Assembly (NCBI GenBank): GCA_964187785.1
Contig: OZ076409.1
Span: 42,472,001-42,536,000, forward strand
Length of the DNA stretch: 64,000 nucleotides
Direction: 5' to 3'
DNA from: Amphiscolops sp. MND2022
Lineage: Eukaryota
Part shown: one piece after another, positions 1 through 14,205 of the stretch
Position numbering within the stretch: the stretch's first letter is position 1
Layout: every line of letters begins with the position of its first letter
Program-made: the position numbers and the translations under genes
The notes under the pieces: model-generated
The model's database searches: none
Told to the model about the DNA's origin: nothing
What the model saw: only the letters and a program-made list of their open reading frames with translations

Positions 1-59
1 TCTGCGTTTTTCTACGAAAACCGCCAACTAAAAAACAGCACCGACAGTACTCAACTTGT

Positions 60-960
60 TCAAATTTTGCCTCTTTTCAATGCTACAAATTGACTGAAAA
101 ATCATCAAGACAAATCAGTCAATCCTTTGGCGTTTCAACTGGTTTGCCTTTGTAGAAAAGCTGCAAGTTTTTGATGCGGAAATCCTCTCTCTTTTTACCT
201 TCCGACGCCATAGAAGAGCGTCTTTTATCACAGCTCTCTCAATCTTACATTCAGTAGGTGTCAAAGGCTTCTTGACATACACTGGATCAGAATATGTTGT
301 CAGGTAAGTACTTCTGGCAAAACAATATTGTAGAAAATGACAAAATGTTTGTTTTGGATTTCAATAACAGACGACAACTTCTAGGTGTGTTATTTGCCGG
401 ATTAAATTTTTTGCCAAGCCATCTCACTGAAGTGACCCATGCAGTTTTCTGACCCATGTGACCAAGGGTTTTGTTGACAGTTTCCGAACCATGTTCAAGT
501 AGCTCAAAACAAGTTGATTCACTTTCAATGGCACCAGTGAGGACAAATCCTAATTCAGACGTTAGAGTCGATTCATTTACAACGTGTTTGCCAGATACCA
601 CGTCTTTATACGAGGGTAAGGAATCAACGACAGCAGTTTTTACTTTTTCGTTTATTCAGTTTTGACTTTTGGCAAATACCCATCAATGGATTTTGGGTTA
701 AGTTTAGCAACGGACGTTTTATTTTCAGAAATAAAAGAATCAAATAACGAAGCCAAGTTATCTTCATAATGTAGGTGAAAACTTAAATATTCACACATGA
801 ATTGATCACCCACAAACAGTTGGGTTTTGATGCAAGCCATTCAACATCAGTGACATTCAAATTAACACATCCACCGTGGACTCAGCTATTGCAAGACAGC
901 CTTGTTACATTCTTTGCACAGGGCAGTGTAGCTTTGGAACTGTTTCGTTGTTTGCGAGTA
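60..960 (-). mobile_element. Decayed CR1/L2-type LINE ORF1 with PHD finger
   Basis: Minus-strand frames give CKECNKAV...SCNS*VHGGCVNLNVTDVEWLASKPNCLWVINSC (PHD-like, about 925-790) and PVYVKKPLTPTECKIER (ORF1 C-terminal-like, about 285-235). Contains stops and frameshifts. Confidence 0.5.
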
Positions 961-3900
961 TTCGCAATAACATCTTATATGAGACCGTTTATTATCTCTA
1001 ATGAAGGCACTTTATGATCTCGTGAACGTTTCGAACGTATTCAATAATGTAGATATACTCAAAGTACCGATGGCGATTGAATTCAAGTTTTCAATTTGAA
1101 GATTTTGAGTTGATTTCATAACATTTTATATAAAAGTTGATTCCATCATGTGAGCTGAAAAATGACACTGTAAGAGTTATGGATTCTTACTAGAAAAATG
1201 CCGACGAAAAACTATTTTTTCTTTCACGGAATCAACTGTTTTTGCTAAAATGACAGAGGTGATTGAATCGTTATTAGTATATGGCAATTTTTTACAACTA
1301 GGGTTTTTGAAGATATTGCATAATAAAGTCTCAAAATTGGCAAAAATACGTGTTAAATTACGTGTTCAGTTTACTGTGGATTTTCAAATAGAATATTTTG
1401 TTGAGTTTTAGTCGAAATTGAGACGATTTTGCATCCAAGACTCACTTGTCAAGTGCAAATTCCCAGACTCAATGCGCTATCACTTTCGTCGGAAATGAAA
1501 GTAGGTGGCTTCAGCTTTTTGGTACTCTATTGTATGATACGATTGCTCAATTCAGTCGATGTATAAAAAATTATAATGTCATAGAGCTCTCTTTGAATAA
1601 TTTTGGTCTGTCACAATTTATGATTGATAGGCAAGATTTTGACGTGCACACAAAAAACCGAGGATTGTCTCAAAGAATATCATCCTGCTTCAGAACATTA
1701 AAGAGAGTCTAGTGCTCGAGATCAATCTCAAAGCACATGCAGTAATCAAGATCATATCACAGAATTTCGGATAGATCTTCATTGCGATGAAATTCTGAAA
1801 AAAAAACACTTTTCTGAAGGCATTTCACAAAAAATCGTCACTTCAAAACTACATAGCAACTGAAATATGTACTTGACTACAGAACTTTGATTAAGAAACA
1901 AGAAACAGAATTCTTTACAATCCACAGCTCTGAAATGGGTAACCTCGGGTTCTAAGAAAAGCTTTTCAAGTCAAGTGTCGCTTAATCAGGAAGCTTCTCG
2001 TTGATGAAACTGACCGACGATGTATTTTTACCTTGCGCTAACAAAACATCGATTATGTATTTTCTTCATTCATCTACATACTAGAAGGTTCATAGACGGC
2101 AAAAGCATCATCAATAAAAACTATGAAATAAAAGCGAGAAACAACAAATTGACAGGAGTCGAAGTGATTTTTTTTGTTTCAAAACAAGTTACAGTTAAAA
2201 GGACGACTCGAATGTTTTAGTTATGAGGTGCGCAAGCACTTTAGCTATTTTCCCGTTAGATCTGTCTTGATAAAATTTTCTCAGTGTTTTCGTTTTTTCT
2301 GATGTGGTTCATGGACAACATTCCGTAAACCTGTGAAGGAGAAACATTAGAAATGTTTAGAGAGTGGCGGTTGTGTTGTTGAGGCTGTGAGGCCGTGCTT
2401 GTGTTTTTGTTAAGGGGGTGTCGTCGAGTTAAGGACGTGTGGGGAGGGGGGATGTTGCTGAAAGATTCCCTGGGGTGTTTGGGGTATTTGTTGTAGATGT
2501 GCAGTGCTAGAGACTATGATGGAGTGGGTAGATGTTATGACGATGATGACGATGCCTACATGGAGTTGTCATTTTATCTGAAGTGTTTCTCTTTCTAATT
2601 GACTGTTGTTGTTAATGCATCTATTGAAAGCAAAACACACAGAGCCCAATAATTGATGTCCATTTTTCTCACTTTGAAGATGTCTTTCAGGAAATTCGCT
2701 AAAAACGGGAAAAACTCGAGAGCTCTTCACGCTGAAGGAGCACTGAGAGCCCACAAAAGATTTGGCAAGATCACCTAATGAGACAGTGTTTCTTGGTTTG
2801 ATCAAGCCGTCCCTCAATTTCACACGGATATACACGGCAGCAGCAACAGCCAAGTTACTATAGTAACTACTGTACAGTGACGACAATACTCCTCTCCTGA
2901 AAATGTTACCTGAACGTGGACCTTTTTCTTTTAAAAATGTATGTATATAATATACATAATTTAGTCATTACTAATGCCGCTGTGGCGTCATAAAAAAGGC
3001 TGTGGCGACACGGGTTAGTTAACTAATAATTTGTTAACTAACTCTACAGTTGGTTACTTAGGTGCAAATTCGGATTGACTACTGTTTAACAGATTGATTG
3101 ATTGATTGACTGACTGTTTCACGAATAGATGGCTTGTTGATTGATTTTTGTTTCAAGATTTGCGGGATTTTTGGCGACGGCCGTATGGTGAATTGTAGAT
3201 CGAATGCATGGAAATATATATTTTCGGGTGCGGAGGTTGAAAAGGTGTTAAAATGATTGAATGTCACCTCTCCTGAGCGACTCGATATGAGGTAACAGGT
3301 AGGTAGGTGAGATGAGGGGAACAGATCTAGAAGGTGTAGTTGCTATTAGTGCATTTACACCTAAAAGATGAAAGCTTGTTGAAACGACATATTGGGGAGA
3401 GTTTGGCAGATAAAATGAATTAAAGTGAAGATTTAAACTAATTTCGATTTGAGAGCCTAAACCGGGCTGATAATGTCGTTCGAGTGGTCGATCATCTAAA
3501 TGGGTAATCAGATTTGGCTAGTTAGTAGATGTTGCAGCATTTAATATCATCAATATTTTCACTGTTAAAATTTCCACTATTCTTGATGCGGTCTCGCTAA
3601 TCTGCCACCAAATCGTGAACTAAAGTCCTCTTGTAGCCGCTCTTCAGCTTAAATTCAATTTACCCGCGTACTCAAGGGAGGGCAAAAGTCAATAATAAAA
3701 TGCTGGTTTTAATATCTCAACTCCGCTTTCTGCAAACAGCCATCTCCTATTGTCACCTTATACAAACTCAAGACAAACACAATCTCCCCAATCAACTTTA
3801 GTCAATCTGGAAAAGGAAAAATTAAAATTTATCGCACCGCTGAATTTAAGGCGCTAACTGCGGTTATTTTAGCGCAGGTTTCCAACTGGTTTATAGCGCA

Positions 3901-6900
3901 GTAGCTAAATTCGAGTGCTAATTATAAAATCAACTTTTCACACCTCTTGAAGGCAGCAGTTATTGTTTATGGGTGTTGGGCAACTGTATTTGAATAGAAG
4001 CTGACCACTTAAGAAGGATCTAAAAGAATTAACGGTTCTCCCATGAAGTACCTTGCATGCTATTCAAACTGCAGGCTGCATTTCAATTGCCCGGCTTTAT
4101 CGGAAATGGTGACATCATTTCACGTGAGCTCATCCAATTTTAGCTCATGAAGCATTGGAAAAAGCAGTGAATTGTTCAAATTACAAGCACTTCGAACAAC
4201 TTGAGGCTGATCAACAAGTGTGAAAACACACTCGCGTTCGCTTCAGCATTTCCAAAAAAGGTGTGGAGAGATTGCGAAATGTGTTGATTCTGCTATGAAT
4301 AAAATTCAAAATTAGACATTGCTTCTCAGAAATACATGGCGGATGCCGTGAGAGAGAAAACAGGTAAGAGAAAAACAGCTAAGGTGTGATTATAATTGTC
4401 AAGAACAATTGAAGCAGATATAAGACTTTCGAAAATGACGATAGTAAGAGTTACTTTTGCTTGAGTGTATGTAGGCTGCTTTGTGGCCCGCTGGAAGAGA
4501 TAGTTGAACCAGATCAATGGACCAGCGCGGTATTGCGGGGCTCTGCAATTGATTTCAATTCAATTCAGCCTTCTTTTTTCCGAACAGGTGTTTTAGATAA
4601 TTTGACGTTATAAGAAATACGGTGTGAGTGACAATTTGGGCCCTGAGAACCACTTAAATCCACTTTCTCTTATTTTTATCTCACCGTAGCACCCTTCACC
4701 TTGTTCGTCATTCATAAATGGCCGCGTTAATGAACCTTCACAGTATCAATCAATTTTGCACTTTCAACATCCAAAGACAGAGTCAGCCCACATTTTAGAA
4801 CACAACAAAACACAGCGCATGAAACAGACCACCGCTACCGTTCCGCCATTTCAAGCAAAAGCCAAAATAAATCTGCATGTGATACCATTAAATTTTAGTC
4901 AATGCAATAGGGGTAGCTGCAGCGCTCAATATGGATAAAAGTACACAGACGGAAAAATGTAAAAACTCCATTTACTTCAGAACTGAAAGCTCAGGAATTC
5001 ATTTTCCATCTTCACCAATGATTATAATATACACGGTACCTTCACTCCTTCCGCTGAATAGGGGCATAGATATATTCAAGTGCTATAAATTGTTTTGTGT
5101 GAGGTTTTAACTTCTGCAAAATTGCGAGGGTTTATCTTGTTTAGAAGTGATAAGTGTCTATACACTTTTGTAGAGGAATATTCAGAAATGATTTCAGCAG
5201 CTATAATTTTGGCCGTCTCGTATTTATCGCCAAGTGAAATAGCTTGGGGGTGTACTTGTGGGAATGTTTTCCAAAAACATAAGTTATTTGTTTCTTTCTT
5301 TGTTTAGCAGTTGAAAATGGACAGTTATCATTTGGCGATAAACACAGGGGTACACAAAGAACCTCAAGTACCTAGATTGAGCCAATCGTCGAATTTTGTG
5401 AGTAAATAATGCCAATTATCGAGCCCGCTTTTGTTTTTAATCAGCGGTGGAGCGAGGATACTTGTACCTATTAATGTGTGCTGTTCACAACTTCATGCTG
5501 AGGTTGCTAACAACATCATGTGGCAATTCTGAACAAATAAGCACTCTTTGAAACGGTAAATTAATATTCGCGAGCTTCAATAGCACCGAGTTTTCCTCAC
5601 CATTCGTCTTTTTTCCTGAGCTTTTAGTAATTTCAACTTGTTAATAGAATCAATTAACATGGAAGAGACAGCAAGCTGACGATATTGTTAAAAACTCAAC
5701 AGCACTTCAGATGGAGCGCGTAATTGGTTTTTAAAAGCCTTTTCTCTTCACTTCGCTCTCACTTCTGCTTCTAAAACTAACAAGAAATGAACATTTAGTT
5801 GTTCACGAAAGCATCACATCTGAACATTAAACAAACCAAAAGAGCACATTAACATCAACATCACAAGTAAAGAATACACAACACCGATAATAAAAACACT
5901 ACACCCGCCAACCGCCGCAAAAGCACAGCGAAACACCGCCAAACGATTTGACTCAAAAATGTCACCAAGTAACTGTACATTTTGCACCCCAATCATAACA
6001 GTCTCCCTTTATCCCAAATTCTCTTCACTGCCGCGGCCCCTTATTAAAGCCATTTGCACCCAAAGCGCGATCAAGGAGAACAAATTGAGCATCTCCGAGA
6101 TTAAATGCACCGATATCCACCTATGAAAGCCTTTTTACTCCTGAATCTTCAATCATTACATCATAACAGCCCCCTCCCTTTTCATCATGAAATAAACAAC
6201 AGAAGCTTGTTTGGCGTTTGAGAAAAACAAAAAAGGGCATTCATAAATTGTTGCACTTTTTTGAACAAAGACATGGCCCTTTTTGCGTTATTTTGAGGTT
6301 TAAATTGAAAAAGCTGGTGTGAATGTTGAAAATGAGAATAAATCTTGTTTTTTGTGTATATTGGTTCTTGAGATAAGAGTTAATGCAAAAGACAGCCGAA
6401 TTTCAAGCTCATATCAATCAACAAGTCCCTCCTTGAAGATTTGAACATCTTCAATTTTGTTTAAAAACAACTGGCATTTTGTCAACTAAACAATACGATC
6501 AAGATAACTAACTACTCGAAACCAAGTTGTTAAAACAATCTTTTCGACATTATTGAGCTGAAATACCGGTAAAGTTTCTCGAGGTTTTTCCATACAATAC
6601 TTGAAAAAAAATTACAACTGAAAAAGTTAAAAAGCTGTTTGAGAGAGTTTTTTCTTGTTTAAAAACACGCTTTTTTCCTTTTTAAGACAGAATGCTGAAC
6701 AATTAAGCCGGTAATGCGCGTGGCGCCTGTGCATTTAAGTTAAGTAGAGATGTCTTCTGTAGTTGTCGAATGTATTTGTGATCATTTTGCTCTGTCATAA
6801 TCGACAGCATTCTCATCATAATTGAAATGTTGTTGCAAACAGATCGTGCTGCGAGTTAGTACATTGTTGAGAAAAACTTGGAGAGGGTAATTTGCATGAT

Positions 6901-9825
6901 AATTTGAGCAATTTTGGCAGTGAAGAGCTGCATTTAACTGATGGCATTTATTATGAGCAATTTTTCAAGAGACTTTTCGGGTGCCTCCGGCTGAATATCA
7001 AATTGAGCACTAGTGCGAGTTTTATTGAATAACTTTATTGTTCGCCTCTCAGACTTTAGAACTGGTGTTCTTTCACGTAGTGCCAGAAACAATTACTTGT
7101 AGCAGTTGAGCCTGACACCTTGGCTTATCTGGACTAAGTTTGTTGGTTTCGCGGCTTGTTAGTTTGCTGGCTGGTTGGCTGGAATGTGGCTGCGTTCGAA
7201 GCAATTTGGACGCAGACTTTTGGCTCTAATTAAAATGGCGGAGTAGTACACGAGCAGTGCTGTTCCAAGGGCCAAAAAGAGTTTTATGATGAGTAAAATT
7301 TGTGATGAAGTATCAGCCAGATAACAACTTGTGTTAAGTTAACTGCTGGCGAAATGAAATTAAAAAAGCTCGTTCGTTCTTAAACATCGCCTGGCACACA
7401 GCTGCATTTAATTAAGTGACTACTTTACACAACCAACTTTTCACTCCAGCTCTCTTAACTCTACGGCCCCTTTCGCGTGTTATACAATATCAATCTATCA
7501 TTCCAACACAGCCACAAGACTTCAATTCTACCGAATTACTTCTCAATGCTCGCTCTAGCGTCTCAACAAGTTTGCGCTCTGTCAAAAAACCATAACTACA
7601 ACAATAAAATACAGTAATCCAGTCAATGAATGTACAGCTAACTACATGCTTATAGCAGTTTCGCTCTACTGGTCTTGCGTAAAAAGATAAAGGCGATACC
7701 TCAAGTTAGGATTAATTTTGAAAAAAAAATCAAAATTTCAGCTCAGCCATTTTTATTTGTTCTGCCTTGTAATTTTTTACCTCAACTCCTGTGAGCAATT
7801 TAAAAAAAACAGTGGGAAATCATTTTTCAATCAGCACTTCCAAGAACTTTTCTAAGTTTCAAAAAGGTCCAAATGACGTCCCCATAGTTTAACATTTATC
7901 GTTTAACATTAGAAAATGATCGTGTGTACATGTATATGTTCGAAATTTGGCACTTTGGAATTCAAGTAAAAAATAAGAGGATTTGACAATTGGATAACTG
8001 AAATGTCTGCAGCGGGGCTGTCATTTCTCGACTGTTTCTCTCGAGCCCATTTAGCCAAAAGGTGATTAGGACTTGAGTTGAAGAACGTCTCAAGTATTGG
8101 AAAAACAAGTCGACAAAATGTTCAAAAGATCCATAGATTAATTTGAAAAAGGCAATTAAAATCACCTTTAAAGCTTTTCAAACATCTCCAAGCTACTACA
8201 ACTGTATTTCAACTATAAGAGCTTCAGATAATTGCTGCTAAACGCTCTTGGCTAACAATCTTGAGAGTAGAGAGGTCTTTTTTAGACGTCATCATATGTT
8301 GTTACGTCATCAAAGCCGCTGTCAAGAGCGAGAGAACCAATAAAAAGTGATCAACTCTATTATGGTAAATGTTGCTTGGTCCATGCCGTGTTGAGTAACT
8401 CTTCGTATGGATGAATTGCCATGTATTTGTTATGAGTATTTGAATTCTTTGTTTTATTTAGCCAGAAATAAGGTAGCAAAAGGTGTTTGTTTAAACCGGG
8501 CTTTGGCCTATGGTGGGTAATTAGCATCATGTAGGAATAAGGAACAGGCCGCAGAAGACTTATTGCAGGTCCCTCGGCGCAATTAAAAAGTCTATGACTA
8601 CGCGACTGGAGGACGCCGCCAAATTATTTTTATTGTTGCCGCCAACCTCTGATTCACGCCTTTTGGATTAATACAAGTTTAACAATACAAAAATATCCTC
8701 TTAATTGGTCCACGTATAATACAAATTATGATGCGGTCAGCCAGGCATCACTGAACACCTTTCATACGCCGGGTGAAAGCAGAGGCAGGACTTGTTGTTA
8801 AAAACATGAAATACATGAGCCTCGTTTTGGGGCAAAATAGTTTGTACTCGAGTTATGGATCCAAGTTTATAGAGATCCCGCGACCCAAACAATGTGTTGC
8901 TTTTCTGTTAACTGGTTATCAACCTTGTCAAATTTCGGGTTTCAAACACACAAAACGTAGAAACAGCAATGTTTTACAAAAACGCGTTTTGAGCCTAGGT
9001 TTAATCTCGAGCCCTCCACTGAGAAACTTAGCTCTTTTCTCAGACCAAATTCCAAAAATGAATTCATACAATCTTTCTTTTTAGCGACCCGAAGGAAATC
9101 TTTGGATTAATGTTACTTTCCTTCTGTTTCCTACAGTTCAAGCTAAATGCGAAAGATCTCACACGTGGTGTGAAACTTTCTGAGTCTAACCTCATCACAA
9201 TCTATGCTTCCAGAGAGTAAAAAGTATGTAGTGAAAAAAATATGAATTTGAAATACCAGAAGAAAATATGGAATGGTTGTTGTAAAACATGAAAACAAAT
9301 GAATAGTAAATCTAAATTATCTTCCATTAAAAAAGAACAACTCAGCGGCGACGGCGGGCAAAAGTTTGAAAGCCGTTCAATAATGAAAGAAAGTTTGGCA
9401 TCAAAGTTATGCTGTGACTATAAATATTGCGAAATTGAAAATGTTGCACACACCAGATTGATCCAAAATTTGCAACACTATTTAAAGTTTGGTTGATAAA
9501 ACACTGCATATATCAAAGTTCAACTTTGTGCATAGATTCAGTTCAAACTTGCAAACACTCCAAAAATCGAGTGGATAAAAATTTGTCAAAACAGAAGTGG
9601 TCCATTAAAGTTTGTTGACTGCGTTCGATCAAACAACCAGAGTCCCGAAGCTGGAGCTCATCTTTCATCTGTTTGGTTGGTCGTTTGATCACCATGGAAG
9701 GTTGTCTTTTGTTAATCTAGGGCCCGATCGCAGGCTGGGCGGACATTATTGAGGTGTAAATAGGAGAAAACGAGGAGTCGTACGTAAGTGGTACCCCGCC
9801 CCCGTCAAGCGTCTATGTTTAAGTT

Positions 9826-10275
9826 TCACCAAGCACGTGAACCAAGGGTGTTAGGGAAGAGAGAGAGACTTGTATCAGCAGGGTACCCCCCGTTGACGAC
9901 CGAAAGCGAAGACGGAATTGCAGAACACCTGGTGACGTCATCGAGAGCTGAGGGCCCGTTGGTGGAGGACAGTTGCAGGGGCTGAGGTGGCGGGAAAACG
10001 GCGGGTTGCACTGTGGCCGTTTGCTGCGAATGAGTGGAATAGTTCAGCACAGATTTGGCTTGCTCGTGCACGAAGTTATCCTCGTTCAGGGGCGATCCAG
10101 GTACCCCGTCCGACTCATTTGGGTCAACCAGTGAATCGGTTTCGGGGTCTTTGGTCTCGCTCTTGATACTGCGGCCGCCGTCGGCTGACTTTTCACTCTC
10201 ATGACAAGAGGCCGACTGACGCTCCTTGCTGGCTCGTTTGCACTTGTAGCGGTGGTTTTGGAACCAGATTTTTAC
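9826..10275 (-). CDS. NKX2-1: NK2.1-class homeobox gene, exon 3 (helix 3 and C-terminus)
   Basis: Acceptor TTCAG at 10276. VKIWFQNHRYKCKR carries the NK2-diagnostic Tyr54. Ends GSRAW*, resembling the NK2.1 C-terminal GRxW motif. Joined CDS is 1155 nt (384 aa). Confidence 0.93.
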   Translation of the reverse strand, partial: VKIWFQNHRYKCKRASKERQSASCHESEKSADGGRSIKSETKDPETDSLVDPNESDGVPGSPLNEDNFVHEQAKSVLNYSTHSQQTATVQPAVFPPPQPLQLSSTNGPSALDDVTRCSAIPSSLSVVNGGYPADTSLSLFPNTLGSRAW

Positions 10276-10707
10276 CTGAAGTACAATAAAAATATGAACA
10301 ATTAAAACTTGATTCAAAAGGTTAAAAATGTTTCATTCGTTCCACCGATCTGTCTGGTTTATTTTTAATAGAAAGATGAATCCAATTCAACCTTATAAAA
10401 ACGACCAAATTTTTTTACTGTAATTACTCTCCATATTCTATCATAGGTCCTTGTCCGGATTAGAGAAACCAACTTATACCATATAGATCTGAGGAAACAG
10501 GATAAATTGATCTAAAAAACTTTAAAATAAAAGTGAAAGGTACGGAGAACACGATAATATTGACGTAAAAAATAAGTTTAAAAAAGTTTGAAACTAACAT
10601 TCTTGTATTTTAACAGAAACTGATGAAAGCATGCTTAATTAATAAATTAATTGGCATGCTGACATATTAATTATAATTAATTGCAATTAAATGGAAAAGT
10701 GGATTAC

Positions 10708-10955
10708 CTGTGTAGGGGTGAGGTTAATTCCCTGTGCCAGTGCTTCTCTCTCGGGAGCACTGAGGTATTTCTGTTGCTTGAATCTCCTCTCCAACTCGTA
10801 CACCTGTGCCTGGGTGAAAAGCACCCTTCGCTTGCGTCTCTGAGATGACAACATTTTAGAGGGGTCTCCCAGTGCCCCGAATGAACCCATCGACATGCCC
10901 ATGGAACCTGCCATGCCCATGCCCATTCCGTTACTGCTGTGCATGAGTCGCGAAA
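10708..10955 (-). CDS. NKX2-1: NK2.1-class homeobox gene, exon 2 (homeodomain residues 1-44)
   Basis: Acceptor TTTAG at 10956 restores the frame (DPRLS-F-SRLM). Encodes [44 protein letters not shown]. Donor GTAAT at 10707. Confidence 0.93.
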
Positions 10956-12169
10956 CTAAAATGACACAAAACAATTCAAACCTTTTAAAATTAATTTAAA
11001 TAAGCATAAAAAACTGCATTGTTTTCGAGAACTGTAAAAATGAATTTTCAGAGGTCATGAAGTTACAAATTTACTGGGAAACATTTTTTTGCACTTTACA
11101 CAAAATTCGAAGACTTTTAGATTTACAGAAAATTTAATGATTTTGACAACTGAGAGAGAAAATTGATCAATCAGTATGTATGTACATGTATTCATTCCTG
11201 ATTCATGGCTTTAGCAAAATTATTTAGTTTTTGACTTATTCGAGTTAAGACAAGATTTTGCGTAGTTCAAAAACAATGCAGAACTTTGCTCTTTTGATGT
11301 TGCGGTCGGTGTTTTTATGGGGGTCGAAGCGCGGCCCCCGTTCCGGATAACCCCCGGGCAGGTAGATAATTAATTAAGCGGTATTTGTTTAGACCGGGCC
11401 AATCAAGATAATAATCTGAGAGAGCCCTCGAAAGTAAAAACGTGTTGCCGCTCATTGAGCAAATTATTCGAGCCGAGCTGTTTGCTTAGTACTCTCAAGT
11501 CACTTAAACCTCGCGAGTAATCACTTAACATAACTTCAACTAAATAAACTATTGTTTTGTCTCAGCTTGCAATCTTGGAAAATTTAAACGGAATTTAAAC
11601 CGCTAGGTGACACGGTAAAATCAAATCAAATACGGATCGAAAATGAAAAAATGAATGTGTTCACTTCTGAAAGACTTCTTAGATATCAAGAGCGAAAATT
11701 TTCAGAAACTTATTGCTATCATTGAACAGACCACTGAAAAAAATGATTCTCACTGAATTTTTAAAGCAAACAATGCAGTGGAAATTTCGTTTTAAAAGAT
11801 TTCATTTTTGCCAGAGGATCAAAGGGGAAAATTGGTTGAAAATAGTTTTTTTTCAAGAAAGAATAAAAAACAAGAAGACGTTTCCATCATTGGAAGACAA
11901 ACCTTTCTCGCGTTTTTCTGGTTTTCCTATCCCAAATTTTCTGTTTTTCTGTTTCAGCGGAAGCAAATCAAAATTCAAGAGTTTGATGTTTTTAATAAAC
12001 CAGAGAAAGCATGGTGAATTTAAAATGATGGATGCGAGAAAAAGATGGAATTTGAGGCGCAAGTAATAAGTATTTTCAGAAATTTTGTCAATCAAAAAAC
12101 ATTGAAAGTTTTTAAAAATTTTGAATTTTTTAAGCATTATTTTTTTCCAAAAAAACCATTTTTAACATT

Positions 12170-12223
12170 ATTTTCTGGACAAGCATTTTTTGGACAAGCA
12201 TTTTTTGGACAAGCATTTTTTGG
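12170..12223. repeat. Short tandem repeat, about 3x TTTTTTGGACAAGCA, in intron 1
   Basis: 15-bp unit directly visible. Confidence 0.8.
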
Positions 12224-12246
12224 AGAAAAAAAGCAGTATTACTAAC

Positions 12247-12703
12247 AAGAAAGTCTTGGGTCGGCGGAAGGAGCGTACCCCCAGCCTGACACATTGGTGG
12301 CTCCGACTGCAGAATGGCGCCCAAAATGATCGTACTGTGCGAGTCCTGCGGCTGCGGCGTGTCCGGCCGCGAAACTGTGGCTGATATCCGATATAGCATT
12401 CGGGTTGCAGTAAGCTGCAGCAGAAGAGCCCGCGGCTGCCGCCATCATCGAGTGAGCGCCGAAGTTTCCTGCGGCCGCCATCTGGGCTGCCATGTATGGA
12501 GAGGTGATGGCCGAGGCATTGTTCATCCCGGTCGTGTTCATCTGGTGACTTTGGGGGGTGCTATGTTGGGCGCGGTACCCCATGGAAGCGAAGTTTAGGG
12601 CAGCGCTATCCATGACTGCAGTCGATCTTTTGTAGGATTCTTCGATTGGGTTCAAAATGTCTGTTACTGAGAAACCGGCTGTGGCTTTTGGGCTAAGAGT
12701 CAT
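12247..12703 (-). CDS. NKX2-1: NK2.1-class homeobox gene, exon 1 (TN/eh1 domain, Tyr-rich region)
   Basis: Starts MTLSPKATAGFSVTDILNPIEESYKR (tinman/eh1 motif FSVxDIL) and ends WGYAPSADPRLS. Donor GTTAGT at 12246, phase 1. Confidence 0.9.
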
Positions 12704-13944
12704 TACCCCTGCCTAATGTTGCTGTTTCAATCGGTGACAAAAACTACTGTGGGTTCAGTTCGCACGCAAGGTTTGGTTGCGGCAAAGGCTTGATTGGGCT
12801 GTGAGGTTTTAGTTGTTTTTTTTAGTCAGACAAGTGCAAGTCGCCGGATTTGGACAACTTTAGAGTTAAGTGATTTTTTCTATTTCTGATGAAACGCTTG
12901 ACAGAGTTGGACGATTAGAGATGCCGTTAATTGCAATTGAATCAACTTTGTGAACAGTTTTTGGAGGGCTTCTTTAAACGACGTGAAAGCTCTTAAACTG
13001 GCAAGAATCCGCGAAATAGACTGTTAAACTGCTTGCTCAATCAACCAATTACATCGCCGCTCAATTTGATTGGTCAATTTTAGTCAGCCTTAAAAATCGA
13101 TCTATCGCTTTGTTTTGATCTGGCTAACTTACCACAGCTAGCTAAGCTTGTTTTTAATTGAAAGCAGCATCGGCGAATAGAATTCGATCAAAAAAGCACT
13201 AGCAACAAAATCATTTTAGCAACTACACCGGATAGGATAATTCTTTCCCAATTATTGAATTTTCTAGATGAAGGTCTGTGGTGAACACTATTTTTCCTTT
13301 TCAACAGCAAAACTAGCTTCTAAACCTCGTTGTAGCATTGGCCGCGCTAAGAAGCTTAGCCTTAAAATGTTGAAAAAAATAACAGATATGTTGACAAGTT
13401 AAAAATAGTTAGTAAGTAAGTTAAAAGGTTTCTAAGTTTATAATAACTAAAGCTTCGGTAATCTGTTAACCACATTAACGAAATTGAGTTCTAAAATAAC
13501 AGCGAATATTTGAATCGTACTTATTAGATAACATCGATAAAGATCCTACAGGAAAAACTGAAAAAGGCGAAAAAAACTGAATAATGGCAAAAAAACGATA
13601 AGCGTCTAACGAAACGTCAATTGATTGTAACTGTTTATATTTATCCACATTTTTAGCGTGTAATCCTAATCTCCAATTCAATAAGGACGAAAAAATCAGC
13701 AATGTACTTGATTGAACTCACCAAATTTTTGATTGCAAATTGAAATTTTGAACAATTTTTTAATCCAACTCCCCAGCAGCCGCGAATTTACATTGTTTCA
13801 CAGTTAAAAGAAAATTTGCGTTAAAATATCGGCCTTTATAGAAGATTGGGGATTGTTCCAAGGGAAATTGAAAAATTGCTATTTTGATTGAGAAATATCA
13901 AAAAGTCGGGGTATATATTTGCTGGACGTATCTGTAGAGTGGTC

Positions 13945-14075
13945 TGCGGAAAACTCGTCGAAAACAAATCGCCGAATGCAACTTGTCGAAAATGACTGGT
14001 CGAAATTAAAGGGCGGAAAACTGGTCGAAAATCAACTAGTCGAATAATAATTGAGTGCACACTCGTCGAATAATA
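13945..14075. repeat. Degenerate AACT(G/C)GTCGAA tandem array, probable MITE arm
   Basis: About 6 copies of ACTnGTCGAA at irregular spacing. Confidence 0.55.
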
Positions 14076-14205
14076 ACATTGCCCACCGGCATTATCCAGT
14101 GCTGATAATGGATTAATTTTCCTTAATTGATGCGTAATATAGCTTTTGTAGTTATATAATTGCTTGAAATGTTTCACTTTTATAGTTTACAGTGTGATAC
14201 TTTAT

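Noticed and set aside
2569..2886. 105-aa minus-strand ORF
   Set aside because: No ATG start, no recognisable domain and no convincing exon chain.
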